This document shows positions 8,256-17,003 of a DNA stretch of 64,000 nt, piece by piece; position 1 is the stretch's first letter, and the number at the start of each line of letters is the position of its first letter. The notes below the pieces were generated by a model that was given only the letters and a program-made list of their open reading frames with translations, had not been told where the DNA came from and searched no databases. Location: positions 1 through 64,000 of the IMG/VR virus record IMGVR_UViG_3300045391_000912; one strand, 5' to 3'. Position numbers and translations under genes: made by a program. Origin of the DNA: a virus.

Positions 8256-8407
8256 CAGTACTCCGCGTGCTCAGCGCACATCCGCATCTTCAGCTTTTGG
8301 GAGCTGTTCGTGGTGACCGTTTCGGTGGCGGGCTCTGGGCAAGGCATGTCTACCTTGTTGCCCGGCTCAAGCTTTGAGTCCACTAGTACCCATGCATCGC
8401 AGTTCAT
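8228..8407 (-). CDS. small Cys-containing protein, paralog of 7252..7491
   Basis: ORF-track frame. Start moved to ATG 8407, which overlaps the resolvase stop (ATGA). Confidence 0.6.
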   Translation of the reverse strand: MNCDAWVLVDSKLEPGNKVDMPCPEPATETVTTNSSQKLKMRMCAEHAEYCVGTGQVSR

Positions 8408-8895
8408 GTGTTCCACGCCTTACTGAGAGGGTCTGGAATGCCGCCGTCGGAGACCGCCGCGAACAGACAGTGTCGGGCACCGTCGGTAGCGTGGGTCATA
8501 CCCTTCGGGAGCTTGAATCCTGCCTTAAGAAGCCTAGCTTCGGTAGCCCATGGTTTGACCTCGCTGGCCGAGCGGGAGGAGAACCGGATCCCCGGCCAGT
8601 CACCCACGGCCCGCAGGCTCTCGATCTGCTCCAGGGTTATGTCCACGGCCTTAGGGTCCGAGACCTTGGCCGAGCGCCTCCCCCGAACGAACCGCTCCAC
8701 GGCCAAGATCTGACGGGTGTCGAACGGCGAGTTGAAGGTGAGCAGGTGCTCTACCAGCCAGATCAGGGTGGAGGTGTCGTTGGGAGCCAGCTGGTACATG
8801 TCCGCCCCTACCAGCACCTCACGGTCATAGCGGAGGCAGCCGACGCCGGGGGTAGGGCCGGGATCCACACCTACGACGATCAGGGATTTGCTCAT
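8404..8895 (-). CDS. RuvC-like Holliday junction resolvase
   Basis: Start ATG 8895 behind AAGGAG. N-terminus MSKSLIVVGVDPGPTPGVG is typical of RuvC-fold resolvases. Confidence 0.65.
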   Translation of the reverse strand: MSKSLIVVGVDPGPTPGVGCLRYDREVLVGADMYQLAPNDTSTLIWLVEHLLTFNSPFDTRQILAVERFVRGRRSAKVSDPKAVDITLEQIESLRAVGDWPGIRFSSRSASEVKPWATEARLLKAGFKLPKGMTHATDGARHCLFAAVSDGGIPDPLSKAWNT

Positions 8896-9035
8896 ATCCC
8901 CAACTCCTTGCACTTTGCCTCCCAGGACAGCTCATCCCACCAGGCTTCCTCGCATGGGCAGGTCTCCACGGTGCAGGCACCTAAGCGGTTGTCGTGCTGG
9001 TCTTCTGTGTGGCCACAAATGCAGATGCAGGTCAT
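8892..9035 (-). CDS. Cys-rich microprotein (47 aa)
   Basis: Reads MTCICICGHTEDQHDNRLGACTVETCPCEEAWWDELSWEAKCKELGI. Start and stop both overlap the neighbouring genes. Below the ORF-track cut-off. Confidence 0.5.
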   Translation of the reverse strand: MTCICICGHTEDQHDNRLGACTVETCPCEEAWWDELSWEAKCKELGI

Positions 9036-9166
9036 CAGTGACACGGCCCTTCTCCGCAACGGCAGTCCTTACGCTTACGGAAGCAACCAGGGCAGGTGTC
9101 GGGGTGCTCTTCCTCGAACTGGGCTTTGATGATGGCGTCCTCGAACTCCTTGCTGACTCTGATCAT
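9035..9166 (-). CDS. Cys-rich microprotein (43 aa)
   Basis: Reads MIRVSKEFEDAIIKAQFEEEHPDTCPGCFRKRKDCRCGEGPCH. ATG 9166 overlaps the upstream stop (ATGA). Confidence 0.5.
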   Translation of the reverse strand: MIRVSKEFEDAIIKAQFEEEHPDTCPGCFRKRKDCRCGEGPCH

Positions 9167-9732
9167 CACTCGTTCTCCACTACATCTTCGACCCGTTCAG
9201 TGATCTCGTGGTTTAGGTACCACTGGCCTTTCTGGAGGTCTTCTACCTGCTTGAACTTGTCGCCCTTAGGCTTGAACGCCACCCGCCACACGTACTTGAA
9301 CAGGTTCCCGAGGCGGAAGTTCATGTGCTTGGTGATGTCGATGCACTCGATGGTCTTGCCGCAGCCCTGGCAGTAGCACGGGGAGCTGTAGTGCGGCGGA
9401 TGATTCACCATGTCCGGGGTCTGTTCCGCCGGTTGGCTCGTGAGCTGGTCCAAAAGCCGCTGTTGGTGCGGGGCAAGCTGAGGGATTCCACCGGGCCAGG
9501 TGAACGCCGGGATCTGGGTCATCTGCTCTTCGGTTAGCTCGATCTCCACGTCATGCTCCGAGCCGCCGTCGGTAAGCCACTGGTGGAAAGCCTCGTCCTC
9601 TCCCTCCGGCGGGGTCTCGGGCTCCTGCTCTCCGGCTAGCTTGCGTTGACGCTCCTCCCGGCGGGCCTGGGCCTTCTTGACCTCCCGGTCGGCCACGGTT
9701 TTGTTGTGCTTAGCCACCCAGTCGTTGCTCAC
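9166..9732 (-). CDS. DUF3310-type protein
   Basis: C-terminal NHPPHYS...IECIDI...GNLFKYVWR signature. Confidence 0.6.
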   Translation of the reverse strand: MSNDWVAKHNKTVADREVKKAQARREERQRKLAGEQEPETPPEGEDEAFHQWLTDGGSEHDVEIELTEEQMTQIPAFTWPGGIPQLAPHQQRLLDQLTSQPAEQTPDMVNHPPHYSSPCYCQGCGKTIECIDITKHMNFRLGNLFKYVWRVAFKPKGDKFKQVEDLQKGQWYLNHEITERVEDVVENE

Positions 9733-9974
9733 TTCTTGTCCTCCTCGACGTGTTCCAGAATGATCTTTGCGGCTTTAGCAAGGTCGTCTGTTCTTACCGC
9801 GCCCATGGACACCCACTCCCGCATGATGTCCATGGCCCACACCATGTCTTCCCGGCCGGGGCAGGTCACGTGGACGTACCCGTCGGGGGTGTAGGTGGCC
9901 ATCTGGCCGATCTTGACGGGCTTATGGCAGTTGAGGCACTTGGTACCGCCGAACCTGTTCCACATGAAGCTCAC
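9729..9974 (-). CDS. hypothetical protein (81 aa)
   Basis: ORF track. GTG 9974 overlaps the SNF2 stop (GTGA), and its stop overlaps the next start. Confidence 0.6.
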   Translation of the reverse strand: MSFMWNRFGGTKCLNCHKPVKIGQMATYTPDGYVHVTCPGREDMVWAMDIMREWVSMGAVRTDDLAKAAKIILEHVEEDKK

Positions 9975-11782
9975 GCCACCCTCTCCTTAGCTCCGATTCG
10001 GGTCACGGAAGCCCCACCGAGCAGCTCCGCGACGATGCGGGGGTCCTTGACCAGGTCAGACAGGGCGCCAGCGCGTTCCTTGAGTACGGCCCGGACCCTG
10101 GTGTCGATGGTGTTCTTAGCTACGATGTCGATGATCTCGATGGACTCGTGTTCCGCGCCGATACGGTGGAGTCGGTCTTCGGCTTGGAGCGCATCCACGA
10201 GGCTCCAAGGACGAGCGAGGAATACAGCCGTTCTTGCTGCCGTGAGAGTGATACCGACACCTCCGGCCTGCGTGACGACACACATAACATCCAGCTCCCC
10301 GGCCTGGAACGCCGCAATTTGACCGGTCCGATCCTTAGCTGATTGACCGCCCTTGACGTACCCGACGCGGTAACCGGCTTGCTTAGCAGCGTGACCAGCC
10401 AGGTCAATGAGTTGGCGGGACGGTGCGAACACGACGACTTGCTCCCCTCCGTTGGGTCCGCACCTCTCTTCCAGAACTTCAAGCATGGCGTCCACCTTCC
10501 ACGAGGGGTTCTTGAGGTGGACCTTCTGGTGAGTGTGCTCTCGTTCGATGCCATCTTCGCCCACTTTCAGTTCGGTCCAGGCCTCTACGTCGGCCGCCGC
10601 ACAGGCCAGTTGGCTAAGCCGGGTGAGTTGCGCCAGCACCCCCATAACTGACAGTTCGGTGCCGTCCGGCAGTTGCGCGAGCATGTCCGCCGCCATCTGG
10701 TCATACGCCGATCGGTAGGGGCCGGGCAGCTCCACCGTTCTGATCGAGTAGACCTTCGGAGGAAGCTCAGTAAGGACATCGGCCTTAGCCACCCTTCGGT
10801 GTTGACCCAACATGCAGTTCCAGAACTCGGGTTCGGTGTATTCGTTCATGCCGATGACCTTGTCCGCCCCGTAATCCCCTGGGATGGTCAAGCAGTACCG
10901 CTCCAGCCACCGCTCACTACTAGGCCATGCTCCTGGGGCCATAGCATCAAGGGCGGGCCAGAGATTCTTAGGCGAGTGCGTGATCGGTGTCCCCGAGAGC
11001 CCGACGAAGTTCTCCGCACGCTTAGCCAGCCGACGAACGGCCCTTGAGCGATCGGTCTGGGCGTTCTTGATGAGGTGCTGTTCGTCGCAGACAACGGTCT
11101 TAGCCCCTAGCGCTACCAGTGGAGATTGTCGCGGATTTGTGTTTTTGGCGTCCCGACGTGCCGTCTCGTAGCTGACCACGTATACGTCGTGCGTGCCGAC
11201 CAGGCGCTTACGGAAGTCCGGTGTTCCACGCCAGGCGATAGCCGTCCAGTTGGGCGCCCACTCACGGAAATGGCTAACCCATGAATCTGCGACACCGTTA
11301 GGGCACACCACCACGATCGGGGCCACGACTCCACCTTGAGCCGCACGCTCCCTAAGCCCCAAGATCGTTGTGACCGTCTTGCCGGTACCGGGCTCATCGA
11401 AGATCACCATCCGTCCTGTTGATGCGATCTTGAGGGCACCCTCTACCTGGTAGGTCCGGGGGACGAGGTTGGCGGGCAGCAAGATCGACAGTTTGTCGTT
11501 GGGGAGTGAACGCGCGAACATCTCCCGTTGGAGCCACGCGGTGAGTTTGGGCCCGACGGTCCACTTACCGGCGAAGGTCGTACTGAGCTGCACCACGGCT
11601 TGGAAGGTCAACGGGCAGACTAGAGCGCCGGGTGGGTCCGAGGGGTTGAAGAGCGGGGTCATGAGCTGGAGGAGCTTGGCCGCGTACACCACGTCCTCTT
11701 CGGGACCGTCCGCGAGGAGCACGATCTGGGTGCCGTCGGCCGAGATTTCAGCGAAGATTTTGATTTGTTTATTTTGCTGCAC
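9971..11782 (-). CDS. SNF2-family helicase
   Basis: 603 aa. Motif I DEPGTGKT, motif II VCDEQH, and a C-terminal helicase domain (QAEDRLHRIG). Confidence 0.85.
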   Translation of the reverse strand: MQQNKQIKIFAEISADGTQIVLLADGPEEDVVYAAKLLQLMTPLFNPSDPPGALVCPLTFQAVVQLSTTFAGKWTVGPKLTAWLQREMFARSLPNDKLSILLPANLVPRTYQVEGALKIASTGRMVIFDEPGTGKTVTTILGLRERAAQGGVVAPIVVVCPNGVADSWVSHFREWAPNWTAIAWRGTPDFRKRLVGTHDVYVVSYETARRDAKNTNPRQSPLVALGAKTVVCDEQHLIKNAQTDRSRAVRRLAKRAENFVGLSGTPITHSPKNLWPALDAMAPGAWPSSERWLERYCLTIPGDYGADKVIGMNEYTEPEFWNCMLGQHRRVAKADVLTELPPKVYSIRTVELPGPYRSAYDQMAADMLAQLPDGTELSVMGVLAQLTRLSQLACAAADVEAWTELKVGEDGIEREHTHQKVHLKNPSWKVDAMLEVLEERCGPNGGEQVVVFAPSRQLIDLAGHAAKQAGYRVGYVKGGQSAKDRTGQIAAFQAGELDVMCVVTQAGGVGITLTAARTAVFLARPWSLVDALQAEDRLHRIGAEHESIEIIDIVAKNTIDTRVRAVLKERAGALSDLVKDPRIVAELLGGASVTRIGAKERVA

Positions 11783-11879
11783 GCTTAGGTCCTTAGCTAA
11801 GGGCTTAGCCTGTATAAAACTCTGACCTGCGGAAACGTTTAGCTACAAGATCAAGTTTACAGGCTTTACAGACACCTAA

Positions 11880-11920
11880 GGGGCATGTCCAAAAAACTTG
11901 GAGAACATTGGACATGCCCC
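11880..11920 (-). terminator. 13-bp perfect hairpin after the 11935..12945 gene
   Basis: GGGGCATGTCCAA / TTGGACATGCCCC with a 15-nt loop, followed on the minus strand by TTAGGTG. Confidence 0.6.
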
Positions 11921-11934
11921 TTAGCCGCTAAGCC

Positions 11935-12945
11935 TTACTGCTGTGGCGCCCCGGTGAGCTGCCCGAACAGAGCCTGCTTCTCCGGCGGCAGTGACGCGAG
12001 GTCACCCGGAGGCGGGGGCTGCTGGACGGGTGGCGGGGTTGCCTGCGGCTGGGCTTGTACGGGTGCCTGTGGAACCGGCGGTGGTGCTACCGGAGGCGCG
12101 TACTGCTGCTGAACCTGCTGAGGTTGAAACTGTGCAGGCTGCTCCTGGACCGGGGCCTGGGGCGGTGCTGCCGGTGGCGGGGCCTGTGAAGGCTGCTGGG
12201 CGGCGGTTGCCTCGTTAGCCAGGGTTTGGGCCTGACCGGCGGCCGAGAGGTCCGGGTACTGGATGTTGTACTGCGCGGCGATCTCCTGGGCCGCTGGGCC
12301 TGGTCGCCAGTAGCGGTACTCCCACGTGTTGGCCTTGAAGTTACCGGCCTTGCGGGTGCCCGTCTTGCAGACGTAGATGGCCGCGCCGGGCTCCGGAGGT
12401 CCAGGAGGCGCCCCCACGAGCTGCATGGCCCTCAGGAGATCCTCACGAGCCGCGCCCTGGTTGAAGAGCTTAGCCACACCCTCGGGGTTGTCCTGCGACA
12501 CCGGGACGTTCAACGGGATCTTGAGAACCCACTTCGGGTTGCCCTTGCCGTCGACCGCAGGCTTGGTCTTGTCGTTGATGTCCGACTGCTGCTCGGTGTC
12601 GGAGTCCACGAGCGCCCGGTTGACGATGCCGATGTGCCAGGAACCGTCCGTCGAGAACTTGAGACCTCCACCGCCACCTACGGCCGGGGCCGAGTAGAAG
12701 TCATCCAGCGAACCTGTGGCGAACTGCGGCGGCGGGCCCGCTGGGGGCTGCTGGAACTGCTGGGCACCCGTAGGCGGTCCGTACCCTGGGGGCGGCTGCT
12801 GGTAACCCTGAGGGGCTCCGTAACCAGCCCCTGCGGGATTGCCGTACGGCTGCTGGTAGGGGTTGGGCTGCGGCGGGGGTGCGTACTGCGGCTGCTGCTG
12901 GGAAGGCCACTGAGGACCACCCTGCGGCGGGTAGGGCTGGGACAT
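11935..12945 (-). CDS. Pro/Gln-rich protein of unknown function
   Basis: ORF track. ATG 12945 behind AGGAG. Low-complexity P/Q tails flank a globular core. An ssDNA-binding role is only a guess from its position. Confidence 0.7.
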   Translation of the reverse strand: MSQPYPPQGGPQWPSQQQPQYAPPPQPNPYQQPYGNPAGAGYGAPQGYQQPPPGYGPPTGAQQFQQPPAGPPPQFATGSLDDFYSAPAVGGGGGLKFSTDGSWHIGIVNRALVDSDTEQQSDINDKTKPAVDGKGNPKWVLKIPLNVPVSQDNPEGVAKLFNQGAAREDLLRAMQLVGAPPGPPEPGAAIYVCKTGTRKAGNFKANTWEYRYWRPGPAAQEIAAQYNIQYPDLSAAGQAQTLANEATAAQQPSQAPPPAAPPQAPVQEQPAQFQPQQVQQQYAPPVAPPPVPQAPVQAQPQATPPPVQQPPPPGDLASLPPEKQALFGQLTGAPQQ

Positions 12946-13015
12946 TTAACCGATCTCCTGACTTCGCATCATTTAACTGAACCCAAGCACCTCGCTAGCT
13001 GGAGGGCCTGGGGGC

Positions 13016-13225
13016 TTAGTGGCGGCACACCGTCATGCACTTCTTGGCGTAACAGAAGTGGTCCTTGGTGCCCGCTACGGGGCGGTGGTCCACGGGAGGG
13101 TGCTCGCAGCTACGGGCGGGGCATTGGCCCTTGTTGTTGGCCTTCTGAAGCTCTAGTCGTCGTGGGGAGCGGGCCTTGCTGCCGGGCTTGGGGAGGGTCT
13201 CGTCGGCGGTGTTGTCCATGCTCAC
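13016..13225 (-). CDS. small Cys/His-rich protein (69 aa)
   Basis: ORF track. Weak RBS. Confidence 0.45.
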   Translation of the reverse strand: MSMDNTADETLPKPGSKARSPRRLELQKANNKGQCPARSCEHPPVDHRPVAGTKDHFCYAKKCMTVCRH

Positions 13226-13229
13226 AGGC

Positions 13230-13580
13230 TTAGTTCCCTAGGTACTGGGAGGTGGACGCGGTGAAGTGGTGCTTCCAACCCCAATCGTCCTGGATGTACT
13301 GACGGTACTCAGCGAGGTCCAGCTCGATCGTGTCCTCGACGTGCATCTTCAGCATCCCGATGGCCCGCTCGTACTCGTCGCTGTAGGACACCGGCTTAGG
13401 CAGATCAAAATCCACCTTGAACGCCTTGCGGGCCTGCGCATCACTAGCGGCGTCGGTCAGTGCCTTGATCACCTTGACCTGCCAGTTTGTAAGCGCCAGC
13501 ATGTAGGTGGCCCGGTGGCGATCTTGATTGTTCCGAAGGGCGGTGATCAACTCAGACTTGTTGACCTTGACAGTCTTCAC
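13230..13580 (-). CDS. hypothetical protein
   Basis: ORF-track frame 13230..13610. Start placed at GTG 13580, which overlaps the exonuclease stop (GTGA). Confidence 0.6.
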   Translation of the reverse strand: MKTVKVNKSELITALRNNQDRHRATYMLALTNWQVKVIKALTDAASDAQARKAFKVDFDLPKPVSYSDEYERAIGMLKMHVEDTIELDLAEYRQYIQDDWGWKHHFTASTSQYLGN

Positions 13581-14425
13581 GCTTGTACTCCGTAACGAGG
13601 ACCGGGGCATCCACCACCGGCCGGGTTCTGCCTTGCTTGGGGACGAAAGAACGGGCAGAAGTAGCAGTTCTGGTCCGTTTCACAGCTTGGCACGTCCATG
13701 AGCTGGGCGCTGCCGGTGATCAAAGCTAGTGCCCACTGCCGCCTGTACTCGGTTTCAGTGAACACCTGGTCGAGAAGCACGTCGTCGGCGGGGGTGTAAG
13801 GCCGCTCCCAACAGTACGAACCCGCTAGGGACGCCGCCGTGGCTGGGAACGCTAGCAGAGCCACCCGCTTGACCGGAAGCCCCAATCTCCGGAAGCCCCG
13901 CGCGTAGAGAAGCATCTGGACCACATACTGCCTCGGGGGCCCCTCCGGAGACTTGATCTTGGCCATGGCGGCCTCACCCAGAAACTTATGGTCCCCGACG
14001 CACTGCTCTTCGAAGTCGTAAAGGTCCCCGGTGCCGGGGTGGAGATCGTGTGGAGTGACGCGGTACTCGGTGAGCCAACGAGCTTTACCTCCACGCTGGG
14101 CCGCCTTACGTTCGTTGTCTCCGTCGAGGGCTTCAGCCGCCCAAGCGTGTAGCGCGGTCCCCCGAATGCTGGGCCAGGGATCCGCTACGTGGTTGAGCTT
14201 GGGCAACTGAGCCATCTTGCCCGCGACCTGCCGATGACACTCCACACCCAGTTCGGAGGGGCCTAGGTGTACTTGCAGCGTTCGCGGGGCCCTCCCGGCG
14301 TGCTCGTGGAAGACCTTGACGATCTCACGGGCGTAGCTGTCTGCCCATGGCGTGTTACCCCTTAGTGCGGGGGCGGCTTGGCCGAAGAAGGCGTCAAGGG
14401 AGGGTTTAGCGAACGTGCTCATCAC
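13577..14425 (-). CDS. Cas4/RecB-like PD-(D/E)xK exonuclease
   Basis: GDLYD...VGDHKF nuclease motif. One N-terminal and three C-terminal cysteines (C...CYFC), as in Fe-S Cas4 nucleases. Confidence 0.7.
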   Translation of the reverse strand: MMSTFAKPSLDAFFGQAAPALRGNTPWADSYAREIVKVFHEHAGRAPRTLQVHLGPSELGVECHRQVAGKMAQLPKLNHVADPWPSIRGTALHAWAAEALDGDNERKAAQRGGKARWLTEYRVTPHDLHPGTGDLYDFEEQCVGDHKFLGEAAMAKIKSPEGPPRQYVVQMLLYARGFRRLGLPVKRVALLAFPATAASLAGSYCWERPYTPADDVLLDQVFTETEYRRQWALALITGSAQLMDVPSCETDQNCYFCPFFRPQARQNPAGGGCPGPRYGVQA

Positions 14426-14431
14426 CTGAGC

Positions 14432-14647
14432 TTAGCCCCGAGTGCCCGTGGAATCGCGCGTCCTGTACTCGTTTTGATAGTCCAAACGCGCCGCGATGAT
14501 CCTCAAGCCGTTAAGAAGGTCCGGGTTCTCCAACAACAGACCCAGAGTGGAGGCCACCTCACGCCGATGCACCGACTCCGAACACTCCGGATGACACCGA
14601 TCTCGGCTTAGCTTACCTAGTACCCGGACCAGGTCTAGAAAGGTCAT
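14432..14647 (-). CDS. hypothetical protein (71 aa)
   Basis: ORF track. Stop/start coupled with its neighbours. Confidence 0.5.
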   Translation of the reverse strand: MTFLDLVRVLGKLSRDRCHPECSESVHRREVASTLGLLLENPDLLNGLRIIAARLDYQNEYRTRDSTGTRG

Positions 14648-14844
14648 TGCTTAGTGCCTTTCTCATGCGCGTATGTGCTGATGTGCAGGATGTGCGGCTC
14701 GAACCCCTTAGGAACCCAATCCGCGTAAGCACGGGCGGCCTCTTCGGTGGGAAACCACTCGACCGGGCTCATGGGGCACTTACCCAAGGTGCACCAACCG
14801 TCGGCCGCCCCACCGAACAGCACCACCACGTAACCAGAGATCAC
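14644..14844 (-). CDS. hypothetical protein (66 aa)
   Basis: ORF track. Overlap-coupled on both sides. Confidence 0.5.
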   Translation of the reverse strand: MISGYVVVLFGGAADGWCTLGKCPMSPVEWFPTEEAARAYADWVPKGFEPHILHISTYAHEKGTKQ

Positions 14845-15233
14845 GTCCGGGCTCCCGTCTTAGCGTCCTTGGAGGCTTCCAGGAACCAGGTGACGCGCTT
14901 GGTGGCGTACTTGACCCAGGTGAGCGGTTCCTTGGCCTTGAGCATCTTGGAGTCGAGGTTCCAGGACTCCTGCGACCGCATCACCCAGGGCTTAGCCAGG
15001 TACTTGGAGTGGATCACGATGCGTTCACGGCCGGGGGCCAGGGCGGACACCTCGGACTTGATCTGGTCCTTGAGGCCCTTGAAGCGCTCTTCGGCGGCCT
15101 TAGCTTCGGACTGGGCGTTCTCCAGCATCGCCACGAGGCCCTCTAGCTTGCTCTCGGGCTCTACCTCGATGTCGAACGGCGGAACCTCAGCGGGAGGGCC
15201 GTAACCGTTCGGCTTACCGTCGTACTGACTCAT
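14841..15233 (-). CDS. hypothetical coiled-coil protein (130 aa)
   Basis: ORF-track frame 14841..15560 trimmed to ATG 15233, which overlaps the sigma-factor stop (ATGA). Confidence 0.6.
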   Translation of the reverse strand: MSQYDGKPNGYGPPAEVPPFDIEVEPESKLEGLVAMLENAQSEAKAAEERFKGLKDQIKSEVSALAPGRERIVIHSKYLAKPWVMRSQESWNLDSKMLKAKEPLTWVKYATKRVTWFLEASKDAKTGART

Positions 15234-15751
15234 GAAACTAGCTCCTGTAGCTCGCTGGCCAGGCGTTTCTTGACCCTGGGCCAGATGGAGGGGGACATGA
15301 TCTTTTGCAGCTCCGTGGTTGACACGCCGTGCCAGAAGCGTTCGATCACGTAGTTGCGGTAACCGTCGGGCAGCTCGGATACAGCTTGAGCCACCCGGCC
15401 GTCGTGGTAGTCGCTCTCCACTTGCTCGATCGCTTCCACCTCCGCTAGTAGAGCACCGAGGTCTGACAGTTCCGGAAGGCGCGAGTTCCGTTCTCCGTGG
15501 GTTGGTGCCGACAGGTCCCGCGTGAAGTTGCGCATCCTGTTCCTGGCCACCGCCATACACCAGCCCACGATGTCATCGAACTCGGTGCAGAGAGGGGGTA
15601 GATCCGGGAGAGCCCGCCAGACCGCGATCCAAGCCTCCTGGGCAAGGTCTTCGGTGTGCCGTCGCTCATGCCTTGGGAGCCACCTGATCGCCGCGTATCT
15701 CAACAACGGCCTAAGGTGCACTAACAGGCTCTCCTGGTCTACGTACGTCAC
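15230..15751 (-). CDS. sigma-70 family (ECF-like) sigma factor
   Basis: Region 2-like EDLAQEAWIAVWRAL and a region 4 HTH-like segment (ELPDGYRNYVIERFWHGVSTTELQ). GTG 15751 overlaps the upstream stop. Confidence 0.65.
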   Translation of the reverse strand: MTYVDQESLLVHLRPLLRYAAIRWLPRHERRHTEDLAQEAWIAVWRALPDLPPLCTEFDDIVGWCMAVARNRMRNFTRDLSAPTHGERNSRLPELSDLGALLAEVEAIEQVESDYHDGRVAQAVSELPDGYRNYVIERFWHGVSTTELQKIMSPSIWPRVKKRLASELQELVS

Positions 15752-16017
15752 TGGCTTAGAGCCACCTTGACGTTCTCGCCGTAGAGCAACTGGGTCGTGG
15801 TGAAGATGTAGAGCATCGCCTCTTCCCGCCACATCTGCTTGAGGGGCTCTTTCAAGGCGTGCCATGAGATCCATTCCGAACGCTTACGGCCTGGGACGCG
15901 CTCCCGCCGGATCATGTCGGCCATCTCGTCAAGGGCCCGCTCGAACAGCGCTTGGGGAACCTTAGGGAGCTTACGCGGAGCGTCTTGGGTCGTGTAGACC
16001 TCTGCCGGGGCGCTCAC
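15748..16017 (-). CDS. hypothetical protein (89 aa)
   Basis: ORF track. Overlap-coupled. Confidence 0.55.
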   Translation of the reverse strand: MSAPAEVYTTQDAPRKLPKVPQALFERALDEMADMIRRERVPGRKRSEWISWHALKEPLKQMWREEAMLYIFTTTQLLYGENVKVALSQ

Positions 16018-16214
16018 AGGATCACGTCCTGGCTGTCACCGTAAAGCCACTCCGCGAGGGCGTCGAACAGCCGAGTAGCTTGCTCGCGGTTTAGCTGGGC
16101 GCGGCCGGGACGGTACTTACCTACGGTGATGTGGAGGTTTCCGTCTGGGCGACCTTGGGGGAGTGCCGAGTCTTGGATGATCACTTCGCCGGGGAGTTTG
16201 AGAAGGACAGCCAC
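16014..16214 (-). CDS. hypothetical protein (66 aa)
   Basis: ORF track. Confidence 0.5.
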   Translation of the reverse strand: MAVLLKLPGEVIIQDSALPQGRPDGNLHITVGKYRPGRAQLNREQATRLFDALAEWLYGDSQDVIL

Positions 16215-16220
16215 TTAACT

Positions 16221-16559
16221 CTACTTTCGTTGCTTAGGCTCCTGAGCCGGGATAGCTAGGAGGTCGAACGTCCGTCGGGCCTTGGCACCTGTGCGGGTGT
16301 TGAGGTTGACGGTTCGGTACACCCCGCCGAGCAGACCCCTGAGGGCATGATTCTCGTCGGCCTCTTTCTTGCACTCAGCGAGGACGGGGCATCGGCGGCA
16401 GTACTTGTGCGCGGTCTCGATGATGTCCTGAGGTGCGCGCCGCCTGGGACCGGTCAAAGGACGTTCCTCAAACAACTTAGGGTCGGCGGTGCCACACGCG
16501 GCTTGCTCACGCCAATTTCGCCCTAGCGGTTTCTTGAGGTGGTCGATCGTTCCGATCAT
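16221..16559 (-). CDS. whiB: WhiB-like transcription factor
   Basis: Four Cys in the WhiB pattern (AACGT...YCRRCPVLAEC) followed by a basic tail. Confidence 0.8.
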   Translation of the reverse strand: MIGTIDHLKKPLGRNWREQAACGTADPKLFEERPLTGPRRRAPQDIIETAHKYCRRCPVLAECKKEADENHALRGLLGGVYRTVNLNTRTGAKARRTFDLLAIPAQEPKQRK

Positions 16560-16655
16560 GTAATTGTCACGGTCTTTCTGTGGTAGTGGGCCCCGGTCGG
16601 GCAGCAGTCCTATCAGTCATCTGGGCTTTTAGGAACCCCGACCGGAGCTGGCACT

Positions 16656-16688
16656 ACTTTCTCAGAGCGTTCACGCCTGTGTCAACCC
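16656..16688 (-). promoter_or_regulatory. putative promoter upstream of the whiB-like gene
   Basis: Minus strand reads AGGGTTGACA-N18-GAAAGT. The -10 element is weak. Confidence 0.3.
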
Positions 16689-16758
16689 TGGGATTACTAC
16701 AGGGTTACACGTACCGCGATGTACCCGAGTAAGAAGCTGGAAATCGTTTCGTACCAGT

Positions 16759-16989
16759 TCACTCGACATCCTCCCATTCCACGACCTTCTGGATCTTGTA
16801 CTCCTTACGTGGCCCGTAGAAGTTGTTGCGGTCCAGTTGGGTCTTCACTCCACGGGCTGTGGCCAGCGAGGCGTAAGTCCTTAGCCTGCCTCCGGCGCTG
16901 GGTGCCCGTTCTGGGATCCACGGGTCATCGGAGTCCTTACGCCTGGACACGATCCGGTACAGGTCGTAGGTCTCCATCTCCACCATCAT
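16759..16989 (-). CDS. hypothetical protein (76 aa)
   Basis: ORF track. Confidence 0.55.
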   Translation of the reverse strand: MMVEMETYDLYRIVSRRKDSDDPWIPERAPSAGGRLRTYASLATARGVKTQLDRNNFYGPRKEYKIQKVVEWEDVE

Positions 16990-17003
16990 TCGATACCGCC
17001 TCC

